64,000 nucleotides of DNA from an uncultured archaeon (GCA_963787445.1 CAWBCT010000005.1:448001-512000); one strand, 5' to 3'. Numbered from the stretch's first letter, positions 1 to 9,332 are shown. The notes: generated by a model from the sequence alone, not told the origin. Numbers and translations: made by a program.

Positions 1-618
1 GCCATGATAACCTGGGGCAACAACAAGATCATCGCCGCGGTAAGCGGGCCCACAGAGGCGCTGCCTAGGCACACGGCCAATCCGGACAAGGCAGTAATAA
101 AGTGCAGGTACATGATGGCCCCGTTCTCCTCCTTGGAAGAGCACGGAAGAGTCGGAATGAACCGCAGGGCAACCGAGATCTCAAAGGTTACGGCAGAGGT
201 ATTCGAGAACGTGATACTCGTAGACCAGTTCCCCGGAACCGAGATAAGCATCTATGTTGAAGTCCTGCAGAGCGATGGCGGAACAAGGGCCGCAGGAATA
301 ACCTGTGCGTCAGTCGCCCTGGCAATGTCAGGAATACCTATGCGCGACCTTCCCTACGCCGTCTCAGCCGGAAAGGCAGGAGACGAGATACTGCTTGACC
401 TCAACAAGATAGAAGACAACTATTCCGAGGCGGACATGCCCGTGGCCGTACTTCCAAGAACTGGTGCGATAACGCTTTTGCAAATGGACGGCTCGCTGAC
501 AAAGGAGCAGTACACGAAGGCGATGCAGCTGATAGTTGAGTCAGGAAAGGTTATCTCAAAGATCCAACAGGACGCGATAAAGGCGCCCTACCTGAAGGCA
601 GAGGAAAAATACAGGTGA
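1..618 (+). CDS. rrp41: Exosome complex exonuclease Rrp41 (5' end probably outside window)
   Basis: RNase PH fold (YMMAPFS, RRATEISK, QSDGGTR); followed by Rrp42; N-terminal RxDGR segment absent, so truncated by the window edge. Confidence 0.92.
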   Translation, partial: AMITWGNNKIIAAVSGPTEALPRHTANPDKAVIKCRYMMAPFSSLEEHGRVGMNRRATEISKVTAEVFENVILVDQFPGTEISIYVEVLQSDGGTRAAGITCASVALAMSGIPMRDLPYAVSAGKAGDEILLDLNKIEDNYSEADMPVAVLPRTGAITLLQMDGSLTKEQYTKAMQLIVESGKVISKIQQDAIKAPYLKAEEKYR

Positions 619-622
619 TCCC

Positions 623-1402
623 ATGGACAAAATAACAAACGAGTACATACGTGAAAGACTTGCAAAGGGCCTAAGAGACGACAACCGGGGCCACCTGTCC
701 TACCGCAACATTAATCTGTGGGTCAACCCGATGCCAAACGCTGAAGGTTCTGCAATAGCCCAGATCGGCAACACAAAGGTTCTTGCTGGAGTAAAGATCG
801 ACATCGGCGAGCCGATGCGCGACACCCCGAACGACGGGAGCATAGCGACCAACGCTGAACTGCTCGCAATGGCGGCTGATCAGTACGAGTCAGGACCTCC
901 GTCACCGGAATCTGTGGAGTTTGCACGAGTGGTAGACCGCGGAATACGCGCGGCCGGGATGATCGATACCGCAAAGCTCTTCATTGAGGAAGGAAAGGTG
1001 TGGAGCGTCTACATCGACCTCTATGTCCTGAACTTCGATGGAAATATCTTCGATGCAGGCACTCTCGCAGGCGTAGCTGCGCTTACGAGCGCAAGGATGC
1101 CGAAGTATGAAGACAGCAAGGTCATACGCGAAGGCAACCTGGCAAAGCTTGGGGTGGCAAACCTGGCGACTTCCTGCACATTCGCCAAGGTGGGCGACAC
1201 GCTGCTGCTTGATCCGAACGGCGCAGAGGAGTCGGTGATGAGGACCCGCCTTACCATAGCCAACGACGAGAATGTCATAAGGGCCATGCAAAAGGGGCTC
1301 AGCGGCTCGCTGACGCAGAAGGAGATAGACAGCCTTATAGATGTCACCTTCGATAAATCTAGGGAGCTTAGGAATATAGTCAAAAAAGCAACAGGTGTGT
1401 GA
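623..1402 (+). CDS. rrp42: Exosome complex protein Rrp42
   Basis: GLRDDNR, AEGSA, GNTKVLAGVK, ESGPP, ARVVDRGIR, DGNIFDA motifs; GGTGA ribosome-binding site upstream. Confidence 0.95.
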   Translation: MDKITNEYIRERLAKGLRDDNRGHLSYRNINLWVNPMPNAEGSAIAQIGNTKVLAGVKIDIGEPMRDTPNDGSIATNAELLAMAADQYESGPPSPESVEFARVVDRGIRAAGMIDTAKLFIEEGKVWSVYIDLYVLNFDGNIFDAGTLAGVAALTSARMPKYEDSKVIREGNLAKLGVANLATSCTFAKVGDTLLLDPNGAEESVMRTRLTIANDENVIRAMQKGLSGSLTQKEIDSLIDVTFDKSRELRNIVKKATGV

Positions 1403-1636
1403 ATGGCAAACAAGAGTATTAGATACGGAGTCACCCTTCGAAAGAAGGAAGCCGCAGTCCTAAAGCAGAAGAACGCCAAGTACAAGTGCGACATGTGCGG
1501 CAAGCAGGCCGTACATAGGATAAGCGTGGCAATTTGGAAGTGCGAGTACTGCGGAGCGACTTTCGCAGGCGGTGCCTACACCATGAAGACTGCCGCCGGA
1601 GAGACAATAAACAGGATATTAAGCAGGTCTGAATAA
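1403..1636 (+). CDS. rpl37ae: 50S ribosomal protein L37Ae (eL43)
   Basis: RYG..LRK, CxxC...WKCxxCG..FAGGAY zinc ribbon; conserved position after rrp42. Confidence 0.95.
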   Translation: MANKSIRYGVTLRKKEAAVLKQKNAKYKCDMCGKQAVHRISVAIWKCEYCGATFAGGAYTMKTAAGETINRILSRSE

Positions 1637-1645
1637 GCTGATTAG

Positions 1646-2011
1646 ATGGTAAAAGTAAGCTACTCCCCTATAAAAGAGCTCATCGTGCATGAGGTCATAG
1701 AGGTAGAGAAGGAGGACCTGCTCCGCGAGAGGGTCACCCCGCAGGGTACCATGCCTCTGTACTGGTGCAACGGGATACTCTTCAGCTTCTCATCCCTTCC
1801 CATGTCGGACGAGATAGTGAAGGATTACATGCAGGGCAAGATACACTGGCTTGAGATACATTTCGCAAAGGATCCCAAGTACACCCCGGTAATGGCACTC
1901 AGCGAGGAGGAGTACAAGACAGCGATGAACGTAAGGATAATTGATACCACAAAGTCCTCTCTGCACAGAGAGGTGGCCAAGTGGCTGAAGACGGTTAAGA
2001 CGGAAAACTAA
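1646..2011 (+). CDS. Hypothetical protein between rpl37ae and rpoP
   Basis: 121-aa ORF with genome-typical codon usage, short gaps to both neighbours (LYWCNG motif); family not recognised. Confidence 0.7.
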   Translation: MVKVSYSPIKELIVHEVIEVEKEDLLRERVTPQGTMPLYWCNGILFSFSSLPMSDEIVKDYMQGKIHWLEIHFAKDPKYTPVMALSEEEYKTAMNVRIIDTTKSSLHREVAKWLKTVKTEN

Positions 2012-2023
2012 ACACGTGATTTT

Positions 2024-2158
2024 ATGGCATATGTTTGCATGCACTGCGGAAAGGAGATGAAGGCGATAGAGAAGAACACGGTTAGGTGCCCATACTGCGG
2101 CTACAGGGTAATAGCCAAGAAGCGCTCATCCATAGCCAAGGAAGTATCCACTGACTGA
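2024..2158 (+). CDS. rpoP: DNA-directed RNA polymerase subunit P (Rpo12); not in supplied ORF track
   Basis: Translated by hand: MAYVCMHCGKEMKAIEKNTVRCPYCGYRVIAKKRSSIAKEVSTD*, with YxCxxCG...RCPYCGYR zinc ribbon; GTGAT upstream. Confidence 0.95.
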   Translation: MAYVCMHCGKEMKAIEKNTVRCPYCGYRVIAKKRSSIAKEVSTD

Positions 2159-2175
2159 TTTTAAGGCACCAATTT

Positions 2176-3237
2176 TTATATTCCTTCAAGCCCAGAACCG
2201 ATACCCTGAGAGTCCCCTGTGTCCCTTCCAAGCACCGATGAGCCAGACACACCCGTGAAGATCGCTATTACCTCCGCCTTTCCCTGGTATTCTGGGTCGA
2301 GCCTTGCGCCCCAGGTCACGCTGGCGTTGGTGTCGACGCTTTCGGTGAGCATCTCCCCTATCTTGTTGCACTCGCCCAGCGTCAGGTCAGGGCCGCCGGT
2401 GATGTGCATCAGCACTCCCTTGGCATTCGTGTAATCTACATCAAGCAGCTTGTTCGTCAGGGTGTTCTTTACCACATCCTCGACCTTGTTGTGCCCGCTT
2501 CCGGTTCCGACGCTGATCATCGACAATCCGCCGCCGGTCATTATGTTGCGCAGGTCGGCGTAGTCCAGGTTGATCATGCTCGGCTGGGTTATGGTCTCCG
2601 TTATGCCGCGCACAGCCTTTGCGGTTATCTCGTCTGCAAGCTTGAACGTCTGCTCTATGGGCAGGTTCGGGTAAAGCTGCACGAGCCTCTGGTTGTCTAT
2701 GACTATGAGCGTGTCTATGTTCTGGCGCAGCTTGGCGATGCCCTTCCTGGCAGTCTCAAGCCTTACCCTTTCAAGCGAGAAAGGCAGGGTGACTATCCCG
2801 ACCACGATGGCGCCCGCCTCCTTGGCTATCCTTGCGATAACCGGCGCAGCGCCTGTTCCAGTCCCTCCGCCCATTCCAGCGGTCAGGAAGATCAGGTTCT
2901 TGTCATTAAGCGCCATCTCTATCTCTGCACGCGAAAGGTCAGCGGCCTTCTCACCCATCTCGGGGAATCCGCCCGCTCCCAACCCGTTGGTGAGCTGCCT
3001 GCCCAGCATAATTCTGTTTATGTTCTGGTTGAGCATCCCCAGCTGCTTGCCGTCCGTGTTGAATGCATAAAGTCCGGCACCCTTGATGTCCATGACACTT
3101 AGTCTCTGGATGGTGTTGTTTCCGCCCCCTCCAACCCCAACCACTGAAATTCTTGGCTTGAAGGCTTCAAACTCGTCCACGCTGAAGTTGCTGTTGCTCT
3201 TTGCTGGCTTTTCCTCAAAACCGAATCCCGGGTACAT
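2176..3237 (-). CDS. ftsZ: Cell division protein FtsZ
   Basis: GVGGGGNN, GLGAGG, GMGGGTGTG tubulin signature, NLDYAD; start placed at MYPGFG (3237). Confidence 0.95.
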   Translation of the reverse strand: MYPGFGFEEKPAKSNSNFSVDEFEAFKPRISVVGVGGGGNNTIQRLSVMDIKGAGLYAFNTDGKQLGMLNQNINRIMLGRQLTNGLGAGGFPEMGEKAADLSRAEIEMALNDKNLIFLTAGMGGGTGTGAAPVIARIAKEAGAIVVGIVTLPFSLERVRLETARKGIAKLRQNIDTLIVIDNQRLVQLYPNLPIEQTFKLADEITAKAVRGITETITQPSMINLDYADLRNIMTGGGLSMISVGTGSGHNKVEDVVKNTLTNKLLDVDYTNAKGVLMHITGGPDLTLGECNKIGEMLTESVDTNASVTWGARLDPEYQGKAEVIAIFTGVSGSSVLGRDTGDSQGIGSGLEGI

Positions 3238-3316
3238 AAAGACACCTCTACATATAGACGGATAATTACCCCTAAAATACTTTCCTATAAAAGAAAGAAG
3301 GGGAGCACACCGCCAA

Positions 3317-4570
3317 TTAGGAGAGAAGGCCGTCAAATTGGCTGGAGATAGACGACAACTGGAAGTCATCAGATTTAGAAATTTCATTTACCAGAACCGT
3401 CGCGTAGGAGCCCGACGGGATCTTGAAGTCAAGTTTTACCGTCTTTTCATCAAGTCTGCAACTCATCTCCTTTGCGGGCGCCATCAAAACCCGGTAGGCG
3501 CCCTTCATGCTGAGCTCCGGCATGGTCTTTATCTTGAACTGGTCCTGCGTTACCCCTATCTTCTCCAATGCGCTCTTCGCGTAGCTGCTGATTCTTTCAG
3601 GAGGAGTCTCATAACCCACCAACGGCGCAACCGCAAAATCAGAAGGTTCCGAAGAAATCAGGTCCAGGTTTGGGAAACCATAGGCATCCCGCTGGCATCT
3701 CCGCTCCGTCTCAAGCTCGCCGCTTCTCATCCGCAGCTCAAGCTCCGCATTGAAGATTCCTGACTCAACCGAGTGGACAAACAGGAGCGAGATCCCGCGC
3801 GGCAGCTTCCGCAACGCGTTTGCAGGGTTATCGTACCTGCTCATGTACTCAATGACCGTACGTTCGTAGCCCATACGTTTTGGGAAGTACTCGAGCGCAG
3901 CCTTGAACTCCTGCTCCTCCATCAGCTTCTTGCGCGCAAAACGTGTCTCCTCATCATCTTCGCTGCCCGGATCAGTGAGAAAGCCCATTATTGCCTCCCT
4001 GAACTCTCCCCTTAGTATGTGCATCCCCACCTTGAAGTTGTTCATCCTGTATCCAAACCTTTGCCTGTCAAAGTAGTTCGGGAAAACGCCGCCCAACTCT
4101 CCTATTATCTTCTCCGCCTGCTCCGGATTCTCTGTTTCGCGCAGTGTAATCTCAAATTCATTGCCCAGGTTGCTCCCAAGCTCCACTGGTTCGCCGGCCC
4201 AGGCCCCGTTTATCCACATCTCGTTGAACTTCAGACTCATGACCCGTTCCGGAGTAACGCCGTATAGGCTTGCGAGCTGGGTTGAGACAGAGACCTTGTC
4301 CTTTGCGCCCGAGTAGCCTATCGACTTGCGTCCCCTCCCCAGTATCTTAGCGATTGTAAGGAGCGCCCTAACCGTATCCCAGTTCCTCTTTTGGAGCACG
4401 AAACGCGTGCACGGGGTTGCGGTGCCCTCCTGCTCCCCCAACTCTGCCGCAGAATAGGGTTTTGAGGGCTCCAAAACCATGCCCGAAGCGAGTATTTCCT
4501 TTACAATAAAGTCTTCGGGGGTGCTTTTTATGCGGCCCTTTGTGCCCCTGCTTTTCGACAAGAATAGCAT
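3317..4570 (-). CDS. truD: tRNA pseudouridine(13) synthase TruD
   Basis: GRIK..PEDFIVKE, GAKDK, GNEFEI, FPNYFDRQRFG, GSYAT; start at MLFLSKS (4570). Confidence 0.92.
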   Translation of the reverse strand: MLFLSKSRGTKGRIKSTPEDFIVKEILASGMVLEPSKPYSAAELGEQEGTATPCTRFVLQKRNWDTVRALLTIAKILGRGRKSIGYSGAKDKVSVSTQLASLYGVTPERVMSLKFNEMWINGAWAGEPVELGSNLGNEFEITLRETENPEQAEKIIGELGGVFPNYFDRQRFGYRMNNFKVGMHILRGEFREAIMGFLTDPGSEDDEETRFARKKLMEEQEFKAALEYFPKRMGYERTVIEYMSRYDNPANALRKLPRGISLLFVHSVESGIFNAELELRMRSGELETERRCQRDAYGFPNLDLISSEPSDFAVAPLVGYETPPERISSYAKSALEKIGVTQDQFKIKTMPELSMKGAYRVLMAPAKEMSCRLDEKTVKLDFKIPSGSYATVLVNEISKSDDFQLSSISSQFDGLLS

Positions 4571-4618
4571 CAAATCTAGGTTAATAAGCTTTCTCTTCCT
4601 ATATAAATCTGTGGTCGG

Positions 4619-5428
4619 ATGGCTGAGGAATCCTTGGTAGAAAAGATGCTTTACCGCCTGATCAAAAAACACATCGCAGGCACCACCATGAGCTCCGCCC
4701 TCGCGAAGGCCGAGGAGCTTAATTCGCGCAAGATTCCAGCATCCATAACCTTCCTTAGCGGCCCGGTTGACAGCAAGTCCAAGGCGCGCTACATAACCAT
4801 AACCTACATGGAGCTGATAAGGCGCATCTCCAGGCTGGGGCTCAAGGCCAGCATACACGTGGCCGAAGAGCAGCTTGGCGCGCAGCTCGACCCATTGAAT
4901 GCACTCAAAAACGCCAACGAGATAGTCGCAACGGGCAACCGGTGCGGCGTCTTTGTCTGGGTGGAGGTGCAGAACCCGGACAGCGCCATGCTGAAGCTCA
5001 ATGGGGCGAAGGGCTACGGCCTGGCCTTCTCCGGGAATGACGCCCGGCGCTTCCTGTTGGGGCATGCGAAGCCCCGCGCAGCCAAGCTGATGTTCGACGA
5101 GAAGGGCAGCTCCACAAAGGCTGAGATAAAGGACCTGAAGGAGCTGCTGAAAGGGATGAACAATGTGGTGCTCGCCTCGCCTCCCGAGGCACTCCTGAAG
5201 AAGTCTGCAGGAACGCTGCTGAAGAACTCGCCGATAGTTCTGGAGTTCAAGCTGGGCTACAGCGCGAGCAAGCTCACAAAGTCTGCGAAGAAGGGCGCAA
5301 TGGTGAGCGTGAGCGTGCCTTTCGGCAAGGACTGGACCGACTTCGCCATGAACCGCGTCCCGGAGAGCCACATGCGCTTCCTTGCCAACAACCTGCTCAA
5401 CGAGAAGCCAGGAGTGAAGGGATCCTAA
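4619..5428 (+). CDS. Proline dehydrogenase-like protein, catalytic motifs degenerate
   Basis: HIAG.T...AL..AEELN, QLG, GVFVWV, VPFGKDW follow the monofunctional ProDH barrel, but FAD/substrate motifs are missing. Confidence 0.6.
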   Translation: MAEESLVEKMLYRLIKKHIAGTTMSSALAKAEELNSRKIPASITFLSGPVDSKSKARYITITYMELIRRISRLGLKASIHVAEEQLGAQLDPLNALKNANEIVATGNRCGVFVWVEVQNPDSAMLKLNGAKGYGLAFSGNDARRFLLGHAKPRAAKLMFDEKGSSTKAEIKDLKELLKGMNNVVLASPPEALLKKSAGTLLKNSPIVLEFKLGYSASKLTKSAKKGAMVSVSVPFGKDWTDFAMNRVPESHMRFLANNLLNEKPGVKGS

Positions 5429-6417
5429 TGCCAACCAAAACCCCAAAACGCCACGTAAAGAGGCCTGCAAAGGAGACGGTCCTGGTCACCGGCGCCACCG
5501 GCAGGCTTGGCCACAGGCTTTCAAGAGAGCTCCTGAAGAGCGGCGTCACCGTGAGAGCGCTCATAAACCTCCATGAACACGCTACAAGGCTCCCACCCGG
5601 CACCATCCCATTCGTAGGCGATATAACGGACCAGGGCACGCTCCGCACCGCCTGCGAGGGCGTTGACACCATATACCATTTCGCCGCCATAGTCAGCCAG
5701 CACAAGTTTGGCCCGAAGGAGATAATGCGCGTCAACTCGCTCGGCACCACCCACGTACTGGAGGCCGCGGAGCATGCCGGCGCAAGGCACCTGATCTTCC
5801 CGAGCTCGGTAGATGTGTACGGCTCAAACAGAAGCGAGGTGCTCACCGAGGATGCGCCGCTGAAGCCAAACGACATGTACGGCCACAGCAAGATGGTCGC
5901 GGAGAGGCAGATAGTGGAGTTCGGAGGGACAACCGGCTACACGATCTTCAGGACCGCCACAATTTATGGGAAGGGCTTTGAGAACTCTTTCTTCAAGGTG
6001 TTCAAGCTCATAAAGTCGGGCAAGGGGTACCTCATAGGCAGCGCGAAGAACAACCTTGCACTGATTCACATTGACGATGTCGTGCGCGCCATGCTTCTTG
6101 CAAAGGACGCGAAACCGAGGCAGAGCATCTACAACCTTGCGGACGGGAGGCCCCACACCCAGGAGTCGCTCATGCAGATGGCCGCGGAGCTGCTTGGCGC
6201 GCCCATCCCCCGCAAGCACGTAAGCACCGTTGTGGTGAGGCTGCTGGCACGGCAGATCGGCCTTGACGCGGACGAGCTGCGCTTCGTGACGAGCAACAGG
6301 CTTATCGACATAGCCAGGATACGCAAGGAGCTCGGATTCAACCCGCGCGTAACGGTGAGAAGCGGGGCCAAGGAGCTTGCGGATGAATTCTTAAAGCATT
6401 ATAAAAACATGGCATGA
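5428..6417 (+). CDS. NAD-dependent epimerase/dehydratase (extended SDR)
   Basis: VTGATGRLG, HFAA, SS..VYG, YGHSK catalytic YxxxK. Confidence 0.9.
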   Translation: MPTKTPKRHVKRPAKETVLVTGATGRLGHRLSRELLKSGVTVRALINLHEHATRLPPGTIPFVGDITDQGTLRTACEGVDTIYHFAAIVSQHKFGPKEIMRVNSLGTTHVLEAAEHAGARHLIFPSSVDVYGSNRSEVLTEDAPLKPNDMYGHSKMVAERQIVEFGGTTGYTIFRTATIYGKGFENSFFKVFKLIKSGKGYLIGSAKNNLALIHIDDVVRAMLLAKDAKPRQSIYNLADGRPHTQESLMQMAAELLGAPIPRKHVSTVVVRLLARQIGLDADELRFVTSNRLIDIARIRKELGFNPRVTVRSGAKELADEFLKHYKNMA

Positions 6418-6421
6418 TCTT

Positions 6422-7219
6422 ATGGCAAACAAAGCTGTGAATAGGAAGACCGAGAGATACATCAACGAGAGCCTGGACGAGAGAGGCGCGCTTCTCTTCA
6501 CCGTGGTGGATCCGGTGGACTACCACTCTCCCGAGATCGCGATAAAGACCGCGATAAGCGCTGCAAAAGGCGGTTCAGACCTGATCCTGATCGGCGGGAG
6601 CATAGGGGCCCAGGGAGAGCTGCTGGATGACGTTACAAAGAGCATAAAGGAGAAGGTCGATGTGCCGGTGGTGCTGTTTCCTGGAAACATAGCCACCATC
6701 ACCAAGTATGCTGACGCGCTTTACTTCATGTCGCTACTGAACGCCAGAAACCCCTACTGGATAACCCAGGCGCAGATGCTTTCCGCACCCCTGATAAAGA
6801 GGATGGGCGTCGAGCCGCTACCTGTGGGTTACATAGTGGTCTCGCCGGGAGGCACGGTGGGCTGGGTCGGCGACGTAAACCTGGTGCCCCGCGAGAAGCC
6901 CTCCATAGCGGCGGCGCTCGCGCTCGCCGGAGAGTATCTGGGCAACCGCTTCATAATAACCGACGTGGGCTCGAACCCGCAGATGCAGGGCTACTCCGCA
7001 GTACCCTTGGAGATGATAAAGGCGGTGAGCAGCGTTGTAAGCGTGCCCTACATAGTCGCGGGGGGCATAAGAGACGAAGCCACGGTACGCCAGTCGCTCA
7101 AGGCCGGGGCAGACATAGTGCAGATCGGGACCGCGATAGAGCAGTCGAAGGCGGCGAGCGCGAAGTCCCAGTTCTTCGCCAAGATAGTCAAGGAAGAGGG
7201 GGCCAAGAAGCTCCGCTAA
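6422..7219 (+). CDS. Geranylgeranylglyceryl phosphate synthase family (group II-like)
   Basis: VVDP, DLILIGGS, VVLFPG, ADA..FMSLLN.RNPYWI, GGTVGWVG, AGGIR, ADIVQIGT. Confidence 0.88.
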   Translation: MANKAVNRKTERYINESLDERGALLFTVVDPVDYHSPEIAIKTAISAAKGGSDLILIGGSIGAQGELLDDVTKSIKEKVDVPVVLFPGNIATITKYADALYFMSLLNARNPYWITQAQMLSAPLIKRMGVEPLPVGYIVVSPGGTVGWVGDVNLVPREKPSIAAALALAGEYLGNRFIITDVGSNPQMQGYSAVPLEMIKAVSSVVSVPYIVAGGIRDEATVRQSLKAGADIVQIGTAIEQSKAASAKSQFFAKIVKEEGAKKLR

Positions 7220-8343
7220 TGGTTTTGGCAATGCGAGACATCACAGCACTAGAGATAAGCGCTGTGGTAACCGAGCTGAAGGGGAGCATAGAGGGCGCCT
7301 GGCTGAAGAAGTTCTACGATCTGGGAGATGAGGCCTTCAAGTTTGCATTCCACAAGGACGGAGTAACATCAATCCTGTACATCAAGCTGCGGCAGACTAT
7401 GAACCTCACGAAGTACACCGAAAAGGCAGAAGAGGCGATGGGTTTCTCCATGGGCATGCGCAAGAGGCTCGAGAACCAGATGCTCGGGAAGGTGGAGCAG
7501 GTCGCAAATGACCGCATAGTAGCGTTTGAATTTGCACGGGGCGCCTACAGGCTGGTCGTCGAGATGTTCGGAAAGGGCAACATGATACTCACCAACGGCG
7601 ATGGCGTCGTGGAAGTCTGTTACCGGAGGATAGACCAGAAGGAGCGAATAGTAAAGCCAGGGATAAAATACGTCCCGCCCCACGATAACGAGACGCTGCC
7701 GGTGGAAAAGATAACGAAGTCCACTGCCGCATCGCTCGTCAATGGGATGACCATAGAGAAAGGAGCCATCTCCTCCCTCGCGCTGAAGCTCAACCTGGGC
7801 CCAGTCTACCTGGAGGACCTTCTCCTCCGTTCTGGAATCGAGCCGAAAGAGCCGGAGCTTGACGACGACCAGAAAGAAAAGCTGGCCAACGAGATACTTG
7901 AACTGAGGCACAGGCTTGATTCAGAGAAGCCAAGGGCGTATCTAAATGGCAAGACCGTTCAGGATTACTCACTTTTCCAGCTTAGGAAGTATGAAGGATT
8001 AGAAACCAAGGAGTTCAAGAGCGTATCCGAGATGCTCGACTACGTCCACATTGTAGAAAGGTCCTCGATGAAAGACACGGCAAAGGCGGAACGGATAAGG
8101 GAGCTCACGCTGAATATCCAAAAGCAGCAGGAGCTGGTGGACACCCTGGAGAAACAGACCACGGATTACGCCAAGTACGGCCATGCGCTGCTCCTCCACA
8201 TGCAGCCGATAAACGAGCTAGAGAGATATCTCGAAGCCAACAGGAAGGCAACCCTGAAGGAAGTGCAAGAGCGATTTCCGGCGCTGAAGATAATAGGCCT
8301 CGACCTAAAGAATAAAACAGTTAAGATAGAAGTAGATGCGTGA
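7219..8343 (+). CDS. NFACT/Rqc2 (ribosome quality control) N-terminal part; lacks NFACT-R domain
   Basis: FSMGMRKRL, Q..NDRIV, EMFGKGN, Y.PP, LGPVYLED (HhH), then coiled coil; only 374 aa. Confidence 0.8.
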   Translation: MVLAMRDITALEISAVVTELKGSIEGAWLKKFYDLGDEAFKFAFHKDGVTSILYIKLRQTMNLTKYTEKAEEAMGFSMGMRKRLENQMLGKVEQVANDRIVAFEFARGAYRLVVEMFGKGNMILTNGDGVVEVCYRRIDQKERIVKPGIKYVPPHDNETLPVEKITKSTAASLVNGMTIEKGAISSLALKLNLGPVYLEDLLLRSGIEPKEPELDDDQKEKLANEILELRHRLDSEKPRAYLNGKTVQDYSLFQLRKYEGLETKEFKSVSEMLDYVHIVERSSMKDTAKAERIRELTLNIQKQQELVDTLEKQTTDYAKYGHALLLHMQPINELERYLEANRKATLKEVQERFPALKIIGLDLKNKTVKIEVDA

Positions 8344-9238
8344 GAACTTGATTGACATAACCTTCCTGGGAACTTCTGGCGCCTCGCCGACCAAGGAGCG
8401 CAGCCTGCCATCCATAGCCCTTTCCTACGATGGCAACCTCTTCCTGCTCGACTGCGGAGAGGGCACCCAGTTCCAGCTCCTGAAGTACGGGATCAGCCCG
8501 CAGCGCCTAAAAGCCATATTCATAACCCACATCCACGGCGACCACACCATTGGCATAGCCGGTCTTGTCCGCACGCTGGCGCTCAACAAGCGCAGGGAGG
8601 AGCTGAAGATCTTCGTGCCCAAGGGATTCGAAAACCAGATAAAGAACCTGCTAAACTTTGACAAGCCGCTTCTTGGCTATGAGATACGCGTCATCGGGAT
8701 AACCTCCGGCCCTGTGTACAGCGGCAAGAACTTTCAGATCTCTGCGTTCAGGTTAAATCACAACGTTCCCACCTACGGCTACTCATTCAAGGAGAACGAC
8801 AAGATCAATTTCATCCCGGGAAAGGCAAAGAAGCTGGGAATAAAGGGCACGATGTTCTCCGAACTCACAAGGAAAGGGCACCTGAATGTGAATGGGAGAA
8901 GGATAAGCCTTTCAAGCATAACAACCCTGACTCCGGGAAAGAAGGTTGTCTACGCCACAGATACGCGGCCAACGGCAGAAGTCATCAAGAACGCGAGCGG
9001 CGCCGACCTGCTAATACACGAATCCTCATTCGGAGAGGAGCACAAGCTCCTCGCGCTCCAAAGGAAGCATGCGACCGCCATCGAGGCAGCAACGCTTGCA
9101 AAGAAGGCTAAGGCGAAGAGGCTGGTACTCACACACTTCAGCGCAAGATACCGCGATACGAAGCAGCTGGTGAAGGAAGCAAGATCGGTTTTTATGAATA
9201 CAACCGCGGCAACAGACGGTTATAAATTACATATTTAA
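8336..9238 (+). CDS. rnz: Ribonuclease Z
   Basis: FLGTS, DCGEGTQ, THIHGDH, GP-like flexible arm, DTRP, LIHESSF, LTHFSARY. Confidence 0.96.
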   Translation: MRENLIDITFLGTSGASPTKERSLPSIALSYDGNLFLLDCGEGTQFQLLKYGISPQRLKAIFITHIHGDHTIGIAGLVRTLALNKRREELKIFVPKGFENQIKNLLNFDKPLLGYEIRVIGITSGPVYSGKNFQISAFRLNHNVPTYGYSFKENDKINFIPGKAKKLGIKGTMFSELTRKGHLNVNGRRISLSSITTLTPGKKVVYATDTRPTAEVIKNASGADLLIHESSFGEEHKLLALQRKHATAIEAATLAKKAKAKRLVLTHFSARYRDTKQLVKEARSVFMNTTAATDGYKLHI

Positions 9239-9253
9239 CATAGACTTATCCGC

Positions 9254-9324
9254 GGGGGTATCGTCTAGTGGTAGGACGGCAGATTGACATTCTGCAAGCA
9301 GGAGTTCAATTCTCCTTACCCCCA
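9254..9324 (+). tRNA. tRNA-Val(GAC), CCA not encoded
   Basis: Acceptor GGGGGTA/TACCCCC+A, D arm GTCT-AGTGGTA-GGAC, anticodon arm GCAGA-TTGACAT-TCTGC, T arm AGGAG-TTCAATT-CTCCT. Confidence 0.9.
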
Positions 9325-9332
9325 CTTCGGCA

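Noticed and set aside
3238-3387. N-terminal extension of FtsZ
   Set aside because: It spans the AT-rich promoter and the truD end; a GGTGT RBS precedes ATG 3237.
4571-5470. 300-aa N-terminal extension of the TruD ORF (717 aa in the track)
   Set aside because: It is the stop-free antisense shadow of the + strand gene 4619-5428; TruD homology begins at MLFLSKS.
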